Shown: positions 1 through 13,682, counted from the first letter of the stretch. The stretch: DNA of 64,000 bases from Lytechinus pictus (GCF_037042905.1 NC_087246.1:47616001-47680000); one strand, 5' to 3'. The notes: generated by a model from the sequence alone, not told the origin. Numbers and translations: made by a program.

Positions 1-217
1 TCTTTGAGGTTGTCCAAATGGGTATTGCATCGTCCCTTCAGAGACTGTACTCTCTTTCTCGCCAGATTAGAAACCCTGCTTCATTGACTCGAATGACATT
101 AATGATATATAATCAATTACCTACCCTAACAACTTTTAGTCAACGCGTTTTCCCTCTTCATTTCTAAAGATACATAAGCTTACCCCCTCCCCCCATTCCT
201 GTATGTATTACTCGTTC

Positions 218-731
218 TTAAAGGTCAAGTCCATCCCACAAAAATAGTGATTTGAATAAATAGAGAAAAATCAAACTAGCATAATGCTGAAAATTTCATC
301 AAAATCGGATGTAAAATAAGAAAGTTATGACATTTTAAAGTTTCACTTATTTTTCACAAAACAGTTACAACGCAGTGACAAAATATTTCATTTTTAGCAG
401 ATTTGACAATAAGGGTCAACTTGAATGAACCATAGTGTATTTAAACAATGCTTATTCCATATGTCCTGGGAGGAATTTATCGTTGTTTCACTTGACAATG
501 AGGAGAAAATTAGAATATTTCATACAATGAAATACAAAAGAAATAGTGAGTGGATGACGTCATGAGTCTCCTCATTTGCATACCGACCAAGATGTGCATA
601 TAACTGTTTTGTGAAATCAAGCGAAACTATCATATTTTACATCCGATTTTGATGAAATGTTCAGTGTTATGCTCGTTAGATTTTTCTTTTTATTCAAATC
701 AACTTTTTGTTGGGGTGGAATTGTCTTTTAA
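218..731. mobile_element. Non-autonomous TIR element with TTAA flanks (Kolobok/piggyBac-like)
   Basis: ttaa-aggtcaagtcca...tggaattgtct-ttaa, with imperfect TIRs of about 100 bp containing aaatttcatcaaaatcggatgtaaaata. Related copy at 30266-30700. Confidence 0.8.
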
Positions 732-1366
732 TATACAAGCATCGGACCAATCGGCACAGAGGTAAATTATGGTTAAATTAACTTTGTGTATAAAAATGAG
801 TATTTACTGGATTATGCTAATGTTTCAACAAGTTCTTCTGCTTGGACTGATATTATTTTGATAGGGCCTACATAATGTAAATGATACCCAGACTTTGATG
901 GAATTAAACGGAAAACAATCAGTCTGTCGGTCTTGAAAAGCTAATTACATGTAGTCTGTCATCATCATCATCAGCAGCATCATCATCATCATCATTCGAC
1001 AGACGAGGCGTCGCAATGTGGTTGATCTTTATCTGGACTGCAAGCCATAAGCCACATGGTTCAATATTGCTCTGTATTATGGACCTATAGGTAATTATGA
1101 CACATCAGACCACAGGAGGTACGTGACTGTGTACAACTTAGAGCTGTAAATGACATGAGATGAATCTGCCTGGTTTCCGTTGACCCTCCTTTGTTTTAAG
1201 CCGCCGACAAGCCTTTATTGTTAATCAACCAATATCATTATAATAGTTTATAATTCATGAAGGTTGGAGCTCCTAAATCACCGAATTACATTATATCAAC
1301 TGTTTGCTATCCCTTGTCATGATTTCTCACCAATTGGCAAATGTATATTACATTCGACAAGCCGAA

Positions 1367-1409
<43 letters not shown>

Positions 1410-1501
1410 AAAACGCGTCTATTAGAAACATACACTTTTATGTTTCTAATATAAAACAAATACCAGAATAATATGGTAGAAGAAAAACAACTTTGAACCT
1501 T

Positions 1502-1718
1502 TACACACTTAAAATGTTGGGCAACATACTGTCCACTCTGTTGTGTAATTTATGTTGGTAAATATATTCCGGGCAATTATTATCCAATTGAGCCAATTTA
1601 TTATACCCAGTTTTTATTACACAATTTGGGCAGATTTCAACCAATAGTTGTGTGGACAGAATGTTGCCCAGGATTGATATAAAGTTGGGCATTTATGCCC
1701 AACTCTTTTAAGAGTGTA
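1502..1718. mobile_element. TA-flanked MITE (tacac.cttaaaa termini)
   Basis: tacacacttaaaa...ttttaagagtgta with internal gggcaacatactgtccac repeats. Inverted copy at 60656-60887. Confidence 0.8.
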
Positions 1719-2253
1719 TAACATGCCTATCAAGTGACTATTTATTTTACCATCTATGGCATTAGACTGGGGGAAATACAATCATGCTGACAAAAATATT
1801 TCATATACTTCATTACGGCTGATGAAGAAAAATGATAAAACACTTTATAAAAATATACATAATTATGTTCTAGCTATAACTAAAGTCGTAGTTCTTAAGT
1901 TGGCATCTGTTCCTCAAAAGTTTTGAAGGGGATGCACGATTAATATTTGAATCAAGGGGAAGTTCACCCTCACGAAAAGCTGTTGTAAAGTTCCGGGGAA
2001 AAAATTAAAAAACATTGGTTAAGGTTTGGGGAAAATCCATCGAAGATTAAGAAAGTTATCAGAATTTTAAGTTTTTGATTTGTGACGCCATTTACGAGCA
2101 TGCTGCCCCGTAGGTTGTGTCATATAAAATGCATAAATTTCAATTTTTATGTTTCGTGATGGCCAAAATATTTTTTCTTTCAAAAGCGGTATGAAATGAT
2201 TTGTCTAATGATATACTGAGGATACAATTTAAAAAAATTTAGGTCTAAAATCT

Positions 2254-2865
2254 AAATTTTCTTCCTCTAGCACTTCGCGCTCGCATCAATTGTTTAGTTA
2301 CATACTTATCCCATTTATTAATACAAAAAGTGCTTAGAATGACCATTTTTTAGGTCGGAATGTCAAAAAAATTTGCTCGCGCTTCGCGCTCCCATTATTG
2401 AAATATATACCGTCTTCGTGGGTAACTGTAAGCAGTCCTTAACAGGTCCCTTTTTGATAATGCTAGAACAGTTAATATAAATTTCTGCTCGCGCTTGGCG
2501 TTCGCAGTAATCATCTAGTTACATACGAATCTTGTTCAGGATCATACATAACATTCCCCAGAATATTAAATTTTCAGGACAAAATACATGAAAGTAAAAA
2601 AAAAAATCGCTCATGCTTCGCACTCGCACTTTTTATAAGGCTTTTATGAGATTATTTCATGTATATGTTGTTTTATAAGAATAAAACTAAGAAGTGACTG
2701 ATCGGGGAAAATATAGGTGAAGATAATTTCGGGCTCCGGTCCCCTATTGGCGAAAGTCGGATCCGCCCTTGTGACACATACACACACACCGGAAAAAATG
2801 GTGCCCCCCTGAAAAAGCAAGGACCTCCCAGTGCCCCCCAGGAAAAAATCCTAGCTACGCCACTG
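2254..2865. mobile_element. hAT-like repeat fragments with periodic GCTCGCGCTTCGCGCTCGCA motif
   Basis: Motif recurs at about 2266, 2376, 2487 and 2609 (110-120 bp spacing). Ends ggatccgcccttg (2772) and ctagctacgccactg (2865). Confidence 0.55.
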
Positions 2866-5055
2866 ATTGAAACAAGTCTATTCTTCACTTTCCCAATAAT
2901 ATAATTATATAGGAACGATTCAACTTATTTGAAACAAACTTTATGCATTATTAGGGGCCTTAAACTCCATTTGTTATCTGTAAGACCGGGGCAATTTGTA
3001 GCCATTTTAGTGATATAAAAACGTTAACACTTTGTATGTTACACTTTCATTCCACATATTTTCTCCTCCTTGTCCCTTTTATACGTTTCTCCTTTTCTGT
3101 CTTTCTTTCTTTGTTCCCATCTTTCTTAGTTCCAGTGGATTTAGACAGTTGATTTCGCGTGGCAATGCATTACCCGAGGTCAATTTCATCTCTGATGTCG
3201 GCTTCCTTTGTCATCATATCGCGTTGTATGTAGGCAAAGAGAGCATCATCCACCCCACGTCGGAGAGCAAGTGGATAACCGCTCTGTGACCGCATTGCAG
3301 AGTACCCGTGTCATCTTCTTGGAAATTGGGCAGATGGATACGGTGGTTTGTGGTGGAGAGGGGTATTCACACCCGGAACTCGAAAACATGGTTCACATTT
3401 TTTTATTGATATCAAAATTAAAGTTTAAAAAGTTCTCACGTTCTTCATTGAAAATCAATGCCGAACAATGATGTATGCATTATTTACATTTTGTATCATT
3501 TCCTAAGATGTTGCGAAACTTATTTTTCTATATGTGACTACTGACCAGCCAGGATATGCCATTTCTAGCTCAGTAAAAATCTAAATAATCATTTATTGTT
3601 GGTTTTGGGGTGGCTTGTCCCATATCAGCGGTTCGAAAAATTAAAAAATGGCTTTCAATCTAAACAGTTCTTATGATGGTGAGCAACATTTGGACTACTT
3701 TTCTTTTCTTTTTCAACATTTTTTCTAATGGAACAAAGTTACAAAATCTACTTTTAATGCAGACATAATACAATCGCTTCGGAACAGGGGTGGGCCGGGC
3801 CACCAGTTTTCAGGGGGCGGCCAAACTGCCCACCCAATTTACAAGTTGTGGCAAGATTTAAAAAAGTGCAAAGAAAAAAATACCATGCCGTTGCCCCTTG
3901 CTTTGAATTTATCATTTAATTAATGATGTTGGGAACTTTCAACATAAATTGCCCTTCAGTTATCAACAGTATATTCATAGCAATAATCGTTTGCATGGAT
4001 TGATGACGTAAAACCCCTCATCATCTTGCTGAATACATGCCAAGGACGCAGTTCATTCACCGGCTAGACACAGGCCTCAAGAACATAAAATTGCTCGATG
4101 AAACCTCGATATATCGTCACCAGATAGAGACTGTGAATCTCAACGGTCATCCCAAAATATCTCTTTCCAAATAAATGACACCGTCACGGGAGTCTACCTC
4201 CGCTCGTTCTAAAAGACGGATCATGGTATTGTTTTTTACGGCCAGACTGCAGTGTGATAATCGGAAGTAGCGCACAAAGTTAGATCAATCGTGGCGTCAT
4301 CATCTGTTCCAGATATGTAGGTCCCTCACTTAACCTCCACTATGACCGGCAACGACGTATGTAGAGATGTTGAAAGATTGGGGAAATTGATTTGTATTAA
4401 ACTGCATTATGGCTGATTTCCTGCGGTTACAATAGGGAATCAGGTGCTCGATCCTTCCTAGAACTCTTTTGGAGAAGATGACAGAAGTTTATACCAGATG
4501 TATTACCCTTTGTTAACAAACTATGACTTGTCTTCTCTGAAAATGGCTTAAGACTGACCTACTATCTGGAACTTGAGATCAAACAGAAGCGGATTCTGGA
4601 TTACCGAAATGAGAGAGTCCATGTGGTCGGGAGAAAAAAAATGATTTTTTTCGACAAAATATTGTAAATCAACCATTGGAATTGGGACAGGAGGCTTCAT
4701 GCCAGAATAATTCAGTTATTAAGTTTTCTGTCCCTGGCGTTCCAATGGTTGATATTTCTTATTTTGTATTGTTTATACTGAAATGTATTTTTGTATTATT
4801 TGCCGAATAAATAATAATAATAAATAATGATAATAATAACAGTAAAGGAATTTTTGGGAGGGATATTCCCATAATACAAGAAGTTTGCGTGAATGTCGCA
4901 AAAGAAAGTGACGAGCTAAAAAAAGAGAAAAAAAAAACGAATTGAGCTAACGAGGCCCAGTGCATTCTTTTCATGGTAAATACACAAATGGCTGATCAAG
5001 AAAAGCCCCCGATTGCATTATCAATTACAAAACATTGCTGAATACTTTAAACACA

Positions 5056-5250
5056 TTCAAGGTGGAAAACCAATGGCTAACTTGAAACATGTCTTAAGGT
5101 TAAATTCTGCACTTAAAATTTTCAAGGTGGAAACCAATGCCTTACTTGAAATATTTTAAAAGGTTGAATTCTGCACTTAAAATTTTCAAGGTGAAAAGCA
5201 ATGCCTAACTTGAAACATTTTTAAAGGTTGAATTCTGCACTTAAAAATGT
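5056..5250. repeat. Tandem repeat, 3 x 64-65 bp
   Basis: tcaaggtg..aatg...acttgaaa...aaggtt.aattctgcacttaaaa at 5057, 5122 and 5186. Confidence 0.9.
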
Positions 5251-7021
5251 AAAACGAAAGTTAAACATTACTAACATTATGGGGGTCATAGCTTGCGCTG
5301 TGCCTCGAACCATGTGGACAGTCACCCTATTCAAATTCTTGTAAGCATTCTGCTATACATCAGCACATGGCCGTGATCAAAAGAGGTGTAAACATGGTAA
5401 ATGGTTCGACTACTGTCTGTGGCGGACATAGGTCTTAATCCTATGCCAAGATATAAAACATATTCTGCACATTTTTTGTTGTTAGTGTTACAAAATTGAT
5501 ACTGTATTAAAATTTCGCTTCACTTACTTTCTCGGAAAGCTAAATACACAATTCATGCAATAAAACGACAAACGTCTTACGCACTTTCCTCTCACACCTT
5601 ATGTATATTGGGCCCAGGCCCCCGAAGCTCCGCCATTTTGTCGGAGACATTTGGGCAAATCCTAAGCCCCATTTGCATATACATGAATAATTCATCAGTT
5701 CGCTGCTCCACACATCCCAATAGACTCTTTATATGACGAAGCAGAAAGTGGAGATCAGCGTCACGCATGCGCATTGAGCGAGGTCAACTTTGCGTTAATT
5801 ATTCATGACATTTAATATATTCATCACGTGATTAATCTACTTCTTACTACTATTGACCAATCAGCGTTCTTCACTACAATGAGTCATCATGCATGCATCG
5901 TTTTTCAATCCGTGCACAGAATGCAGTTTACACTAGCACCGCAGCCTGACACTTTTCTTAATCTTGTTTAACCTGGAGATGGGGGGGTGAATCAGCCTGT
6001 TTTTATCTTCTTTTTAACATCGGTGTAAATGAAAGGGGAAGATATTTACGAACTAGTTTATTTCACAATAACAATACGCCAATATAAATAATAACAATGT
6101 ATTTCAGTTTGAACGTTTCACTTACTGGTTTTGTAATTTGGTTCTTTCATTTAAAAAAAATATGACCTTTCTCTGCTGTTCTCCAGATCAGAATCACTAG
6201 AGGCATGTTTCACATCGCAGTGTAATCGTTAGTAATGATATAGTAAAAACAAATTCTGAATCCAAAATTTCTTTAGAAAATAGGATTGGATTTAATTAGA
6301 ACCTATTTATTTTCTGTAATTAATAGTGTGTTTTTTACGCTAAGCCTTTCCAATTATTGATAATGATCATTTAATTTTTTTTTTGCAGGGGGGGGGGGTA
6401 ATCTAATTTCTTTGTGTTCACTCTTTTTAAGAGCACAGATAAGTGACATGTCATTACCAAACTTCATCAGTTTCAGGCAGGGCGGATCTAGGATTTTTCC
6501 AAAGGGGGGTACATTTTCCCAAGGAAAAATTTGACAAGCAAAAAAAAAGGGGGGTCTTCACTTTCAGAAGGGGGACACACTTTACATTACAATTTTTAAT
6601 TGAGCCTGTCAAATTGGGGGGGGGGGCGCACTGATCGGCTTTGCCCCCCCCCCCCCCCCACACACACTCTGATTGGCCTAATCTTTGTCTTTAAAAGTCA
6701 TCTCTATTCATCTTATTCCTCTTCCCCACTCTTTATAAATTGTTTCTCCCTCATTTATCCCCGCCTCCTCTCAAAATAAATAAAGAATAAAATGGCCCTT
6801 TATGGTTTCTCCTTGTGGGTAAATTGTCAATTGGCTCTGTCCACTCTCTTGTGCACCCTATGCCCCTTCACATTATTATTATAATACATTATCTATTCTT
6901 TTAATCTCTCTTCAGCTCTCTCTTTGCCATATCGCACTCTCATTATTAAACCACACACACAACTCTTTCTTTTATATTTTCCACCTCTCAGCTCTTCTCG
7001 CAATTCATTAAAAAAAGAAAA

Positions 7022-7254
7022 TACACTGGGTGATTCCAACTTTGGCGTTGGTGTTCGTAGCACAATTTAGTTCTTCCTTCCTCCAAAACCTAATGTGAGT
7101 TTACAAAAATAATCCAAATCACATTAATAGCTCAACATCAAGTGAGATGAATCTATGAATCAATTTGATTGTAATTTTGGTGCTGTGATGATGATGTAAA
7201 ACTTGTAAGACGCCACACCAAAAGTTCAACAGCAAACTTGAAATCACCCATGTA
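7022..7254. mobile_element. MITE, TA-flanked
   Basis: tacactgggtgattccaa ... ttgaaatcacccatgta inverted termini. Confidence 0.6.
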
Positions 7255-7310
7255 TCTTTCTCATTTAAAAAAAAATATATATTTAGAAATTCTCTATCAC
7301 ATCTACATAA

Positions 7311-7525
7311 CAGCCATGGATCAAAAATTCTTTAAGGGGGGGGGGGTCTTTTGCCCTCCACCTTAAAGGTCCTGGTTCTCAAAAGGATTGTTTTCTATTT
7401 TATTTTCAAATTTATTCATTTTTTTTTAAATATCTTTATATATTATTTGTTATGTTTTTTAATGGGGGTGATTTTTACAGAGAAAACCTGCAACTACCAC
7501 CCCCTCCAACCTTGATCCATGGCTG
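7311..7525. mobile_element. hAT-like MITE
   Basis: TIR cagccatggatcaa / ttgatccatggctg. Confidence 0.7.
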
Positions 7526-9893
7526 CAAAATGTAGGTCTCATTACTCTTAAATTTATGCTGCTTGTTCACTATTGCTCGTCCATTAATTCTACTAGTACT
7601 TCCAGTGTCTCCTCAAATAACTTGATTCACCTAAACTCTCAGCTAAAAAGAATTATAGAAGACTTGTTAATTCAGTGACAATTACAAAATTATTATTTCA
7701 ATTCATTTTATTCCAAATACATTAATCAGGTAACAATTATTTTCCTCTTGAGTTTAAAGATCAAATTTTGATCAGAGCTCGTTCCCATCTGCTTAAGATG
7801 AAATGGTGTAAAAGAGACTACTGTCCTGACAAACACAGATGCAATGTCACATGACCCCCCCCCCCCCCCCCCGAATTCATTGATCATTATTTTTGTTAAA
7901 AATTCTTCATTGCCAAAATTGTTACAAAATTTCATGTACATATTGTATTGCTAAATTTTCCTTCTATTTTCTTCATTCCTGTTATGTCATTGTAATAAAT
8001 TTATTATTCTAAGTATTATCATATTAACATTATCATTATCTACATCCATAATTGTAAAAACTACTGCTACAATCAGCAAGTATAATTACCCCTAAAATAA
8101 CCCTATTCCTCTTAAATTGTTAATGGGTTTTGTTTGGTCAGTAGTGTGGGGGGGGGGAAGCGGTTACAACACTTTATTGTAAATACATGCAGTAATTCAG
8201 TTTGATATAGGATGTTTGGCATATTGTCAATGCATTATTCCCTAATTCTTCCTCCAGAAAATTATTATTGGAATTAAAAAGCAAACCCTTAATTTGGTCT
8301 TGTATTTCTTGAGTCTCTAAAACAGAGGATGTGAAGCAGAGTCATGTTCCATATCTGTTGAAAAAAAAACTGACAGAAATGTTAGCAATTCAATCAAGCC
8401 ATCATAAAAAATAAAAAAAATAAAAAAATATGTATAAAAGTTTAATGAAACCACAAGCCGAATGAGTCACCTTTACAAAATCTGGTGTGGATTGAAGAAT
8501 TCATGAGTGGGTAGGAAGCAAATAAGTTGATTACATATGATTTTCCACTTGCTTAGCCTAGTATATTCTGATTTTCTTATTTAATTTTGACAAGCTAGAT
8601 CTACCGGTAGGTGATATTAATTGTCCCCTGAAAACATGACAGGTGAAAATTAAAATGGAGCCTGTCAATACGACTCCAGCCTAGTCTCTGAGCTGATTTT
8701 ATTTTCATTTAGTCAATACAACTTAGATCTTGGTCTACCATGTGAGCCCCCCCCCCCAAAAAAAAAAAGGACACCTCACAAAACCCCAATTTAAGGTAAA
8801 AATATGTCATGAACACATAATAATTATATACCACTAGAAAGAGTATATTCTCCCAAATAATTTGATACCATATTCATATTTAGATAGTCAGTATGTATTC
8901 TTTGCAGAGATGTAGATTTTGATTTGCACCGAAATAAGGCATGGCTAAAATTAATGACTCCAGATGCCAATGATGTCAAAATCTATGAGTTAGCAAAATT
9001 TCAAAGAAATTTATTGTGTATTGACACTAAAAAGAGTTTACTATACAATTATCTTGTAAATTATTGAACATGTGGGTATTGAAATTTGAAATGGATTTTA
9101 ATATAACCCTTTTAGGACAATGAAATCATTAACATCTGGACTCATTTTTGGATAAAGTAATTTGGTCTGTAAATACATGAAGTCATTCAGTATGATAGAT
9201 AGGATGATTATTGTTTTTTTTTTACCTTTTTGAATCAGGAGGGTCCTGCAGCTTAATTCGGTCTTGTAATCCTCGAGTCTCTAAAAGAGGATGTGAAGCA
9301 GCATCATGTTCTATGTCTGTCGAATAGAACAATACACACAGACAGAAATGTCAGCAATACAAGCTATTGTAAAAAAAAAAAAAAAACACCACATAACACT
9401 TGGACTATAGCGTATATATCTAGATCTAATCATAGACTCTGACGTACATAGATCTGGAACTAAATGTAAGTAGATCTAGATCTACATCAAAAGTAGATTT
9501 AAATTTCAGTTTTGTTAAACCTACCATTCTGCGAAATTTCAATGTTATTTAATCATACAAGTGTTAGATCTAAACTAAAGCTGTCTTGACCCAGGGTTTT
9601 TAAAATGGTTTCATGACATTTGCTCTGACGACAAATGCCCCGATGGAAAATCTACACGTTAGGCCAAACAAAAGCTAACCTCCAATAAATAAATCCTTAA
9701 CTTCGACCCTGACTCAGTGACTGAAATAATACTAGGCTTAGCGCTAGGCCTATATAGATTATACAGGAGGTCGCTTTGTTGTAGGCCTAAGTTTAGTCTA
9801 GGGCTAGGTCTATAAACCTAAGCTAGAGAATAGATAGGATAAGAGGTAGAAAAGTTTTCTTTTAGCTTTAGCCAAGACCTGTAGGCCTATTAT

Positions 9894-9934
9894 TAACCCA
9901 GGGAACTCCCGCCCGCGCGGAGCTCCCTGGGTTA
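9894..9934. mobile_element. 41-bp hairpin insertion with 9-bp TSD
   Basis: taacccaggga...tccctgggtta flanked by GCCTATTAT (9885-9893 and 9935-9943). Confidence 0.8.
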
Positions 9935-10192
9935 GCCTATTATTAACTTTCAAGTTTAGAAAAAAAAAAAAAATGAAAAGAACTAGAAATAAGTTTGGAC
10001 TTTGGCTTTAGGAAATGAAACATCTTTATAAAATTAAAAAATCAAGGACTAGGCTCCGGTCCTATTGATATGTGAATTCAAAGAAGGGAACGGCCTTAAT
10101 GGAGTGAATGTCTTTCTATACAGTCAATATGGATGCGCGATAGATCCCAGACAACGTCTAGCCTAATATAGGGACTATATCTAGTTCTTTCC

Positions 10193-10246
10193 TAACCCAG
10201 GGGTTGTTGTTGTTGTTCGGCCCGCGGGCCGGAGCCCCGTGGGTTA
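10193..10246. mobile_element. 54-bp insertion with 9-bp TSD, same termini as 9894-9934
   Basis: taaccca...tgggtta flanked by GTTCTTTCC (10184-10192 and 10247-10255). Confidence 0.8.
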
Positions 10247-10568
10247 GTTCTTTCCATGCCTGCCGAGATCTCGGTAGGCGTCGAAATTTCAGAGAAACTC
10301 TCGCCCATAAGTCTGGCGTGATAATTAATACGAGGTCTCAAATGGTAGCAGATGGAGATTTACATGTAATCTAGCCTACATTTTTAGCTCACGACGATGG
10401 AAATAGTTTTGAGTTTTCGCAAGTCGTTTGCTTCCTAATTGTTCACTTTTTATAAACACAAATTAATTCATGTTGTACCCAGACTTCTCAAGATCCCATA
10501 TAACATTAGATCTTTTGATTTATTTTTGTACATGAATTGAAATTCAGCGTTAATCTGACAGTACTCAC

Positions 10569-10900
10569 CGAAAATCTTTCAAGGATATAACCTTCTTCTG
10601 TGCGGGTGACGTCACCTATCAGTCCTTAATTAAGCAGAAGTGACGAAAGGGGTCAAATTATGACGTACGAATATCAATAGAAAAATACATTATTCATGAG
10701 GTAATGTCCAATCAAATCACAGTATCTTGCGAGTACGCGAAGAAAAAATAAATGATTCATTAGCAATATGCAAATGGGTGCTTAGGATTCGGTTCAAATG
10801 TCTCCCAGGAGGTGTGGCCGAAAGTGGTAAAAAATACGCTTATCACCATGGAGCTTCTATGGAGTATCTGTACGTTATATGCAAATGTTATTTAAATGAG
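10569..10900 (-). promoter_or_regulatory. Putative inward-facing promoter and first exon in the 5.3-kb element
   Basis: Octamers ATGCAAAT (about 10768 and 10879), CCAAT (10709), palindromic CRE ggTGACGTCAcc (about 10605-10616), then donor cg|GTGAGTAC at 10568. Confidence 0.45.
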
Positions 10901-11400
10901 GCTTTTCCGCGGGTGCTACCTTTCCGTCTATACGTATTTATTTGTCTATGATTGGGCCCACGCACGCACACACACGCGCGCGCGCGCACCCTCACCCACA
11001 CACATGCATTCACTTATTCACTTATAAAAAAGAATCACACTAAGAATTATGGGTATAAATTTGAACCCCGGGGGCTGGTATAATGGCAGCACCCCAAGAT
11101 GGCTCATCTGTGCACCTTTAAGGGTGCAGTATAGCTATATTATGTATGAGAAATGTACCGCACGGTCAGTTTGTGTTCGCCTTATTTCCTTGACACAGTG
11201 TGAAAATGAGCATTTCTGCGAGCCTTATAAAAATGGACAGTGCTTACTCAAGTAACATTCTGTCATAAATGTTTACTTTCATTAAGATAGAGGAGACCCA
11301 AACCCAATAATATAATGTGAAAAAAATATCCCTATGAGGTATATTTTTCAGTTCCAAGGACTTTTTCAAAGAGTAAACTTTTTATTGATACGCACTGTCT

Positions 11401-13682
11401 AGCCCCTTTTACACCTTCACGGATCATCCCGGATTGTCAATCCGGGATCATCCGTGTACAGTCCGGGACTACCGTGTACACACCGGCTACTCATCTTGCG
11501 CCATCCTTGATGTACCGGCATATCCGGGAGAAAAATTGAACAAGTCAAATTTTTCATCCTGGAGTACACGGACGGATAATCATCTGTGTTTATCCTTATC
11601 CGTGTAGCTGCCGAATGCATCCGGGAGGTCCTTGTTAATGCCGGTGTCATAGCCGAATTGGTCCAGGCATTCGAATACTAGCAGAACTAATCGGCGGCTC
11701 TTTTACACGCCGATTCGTTCTGGATTTTGTAGGGTGGTGCAATCTTCATAGCCGATTTGTTCTGACCAGGCGATTTGTTCTGATCCGCCATTAACACCCC
11801 TATATCAAAATGTGATATTCGAATCAACCATTTTCAACCAATAATTTGCTCCTTCAAATCAACCACACCCACAGAACAGACACAGCTGCCGATTTGAAAA
11901 TCTTGTAACGGGAATTTACGAAATATTTTAACAAGTACTCTTTAATTCCTGCTTCCAAGTGATTAAACAATGGAGGACAGCTGTGTGGAGCCAAGCCCTA
12001 TTCAAAGTGCTCCCTTTGTGCGCCTGTGCTATTGGGGGAAGCGATATGAATTTCAACTTTGATATAATTATCCAACAGGGCTGGCTTGTACGTCTATAGG
12101 TCTTCATTACTCATGCAATAAATGGGATGAGATTGGCGATTGGGGCGATGGGGGTGTGCTCATCAAAACCCCAAAAGTAGAAATAAGAATAAATATTTTG
12201 AATAAATAAATAAATGAATAAAAATATAAAGAAATTAAAAGACCTGATTAAGCCCAACAATTTGTGGTGCTAAAAGCACAGGGAACTGTCATTGACANNN
12301 NNNNNNNNNNNNNNNNNNNNNNNNNNNNNNNNNNNNNNNNNNNNNNNNNNNNNNNNNNNNNNNNNNNNNNNNNNNNNNNNNNNNNNNNNNNNNNNNNNNN
12401 NNNNNNNNNNNNNNNNNNNNNNNNNNNNGGAAAGGGTCTTTTACCTCCTTGGGAGAATAATACGAATACGTTTCAGATAATTATAGCAATACTAGAAAAA
12501 AACAAGAATAATGAAAAAAGTGCATCTTATTCAGCCCCCTAAAATAATGATATAATAGTAGCCTAATAATAACAATATAAATAATAGTGATATTAATAGG
12601 GCCTACATGTAGTAGTAATGATGACAATACTAATAATGATAGTAATAGTAATAATGATAATGACATTAATGATAACAATAATAATGATAATAATAATAAT
12701 ATTCAGTACTTTGCACCCCGGGAGCCCGACCTGATATTGGCTCAACCGTGACACGTGCGAAAAAAAAATCATTCTTGTACGAGGCTGAATACCTAATTTC
12801 TAAAACATTATAAAATGAATAATGTAATTCATAAGTTCTATGATAATATTGAAATTACATAAAATAAATTACACCAAGATATATTTTAACACATTTATCA
12901 AAGTAAATAATTATACTATTACCTTCGAAAATTTTGACAAATGTGGAACCAAACGGCTGCTCTCCTTTCGTATCGGCCAAAATTTAAGCCAGTTATTTGG
13001 ATCTGGCAGGCCCGATCGACTAACCGTTTTGGTACTGGCGGGACTAATCAGCTAGCCGTTTTGGGTCATCGACCCCCGGTTCCATTCGGCGACCCCACCG
13101 GCTATTTCCGGGTCGAATATTGTCCATTGTTTACGTACATGAATAATAGTCTGTTTTCATGGTCATGTTTGAGTACGCTACAGACGTTGCAAAAAGGGAA
13201 AGAAACTTCAATCTTGGCCAATGTTCTAGAGATATCCCAATAGAGACCGTAAGCAACCATGAAGGTCCGTGAAAGGACCCACTACATCCGTGTATTCCGT
13301 GCTGACTCCCGGTAGCTTATCAAGTAGAACCCTAATGCTATCTTTTCTATCCTTGTAGGAACAGCACTTTTCAGTACATTTCCATGTAAATACCCAGTTA
13401 AATCCGTATTCACTCCGGCAATGGTAGAAAAAATATCAACTTGGAACCCGGATCAACACGGACTTAGATCCGTGTTGCATCCTTGAAGGTGTACAAGGGA
13501 CTTAGTGCTACCTTTTCTATCCTTGTAGAAACAGCACTTTTCAGTACATTTCCATGTAAATACCCAGTTAAATCCGTCTTCACTCCGGCAATGGTAGAAA
13601 AAATATCAACTTGGAACCCGGATCACCACGGACTTAGATCCGTGATGATCCTGGTTGCATCCTTGAAGGTGTAAAAGGGGCT
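11401..13682. mobile_element. PIF/Harbinger-like non-autonomous element with nested insertions and duplicated right end
   Basis: 19-bp TIR agccccttttacaccttca / tgaaggtgtaaaaggggct. 170-bp tandem duplication at 13336-13505 and 13506-13682. Confidence 0.75.

Larger units (their letters stand above)
5615..10950. mobile_element. 5.3-kb non-autonomous hAT-like element, CA...TG ends, 8-bp TSD
   Basis: ATTGGGCC at 5607-5614 and 10951-10958. Subterminal inverted repeat ggagacatttg..aatcctaagc.ccatttgcatat (about 5643-5680 versus 10766-10805). Confidence 0.7.

Noticed and set aside
3130-3390. GC-richer segment after a polypyrimidine/AG, with weak similarity to the RFamide exon (HPPHVG, RVPG)
   Set aside because: The matches are on opposite strands, frames close early, and there is no amidation motif.
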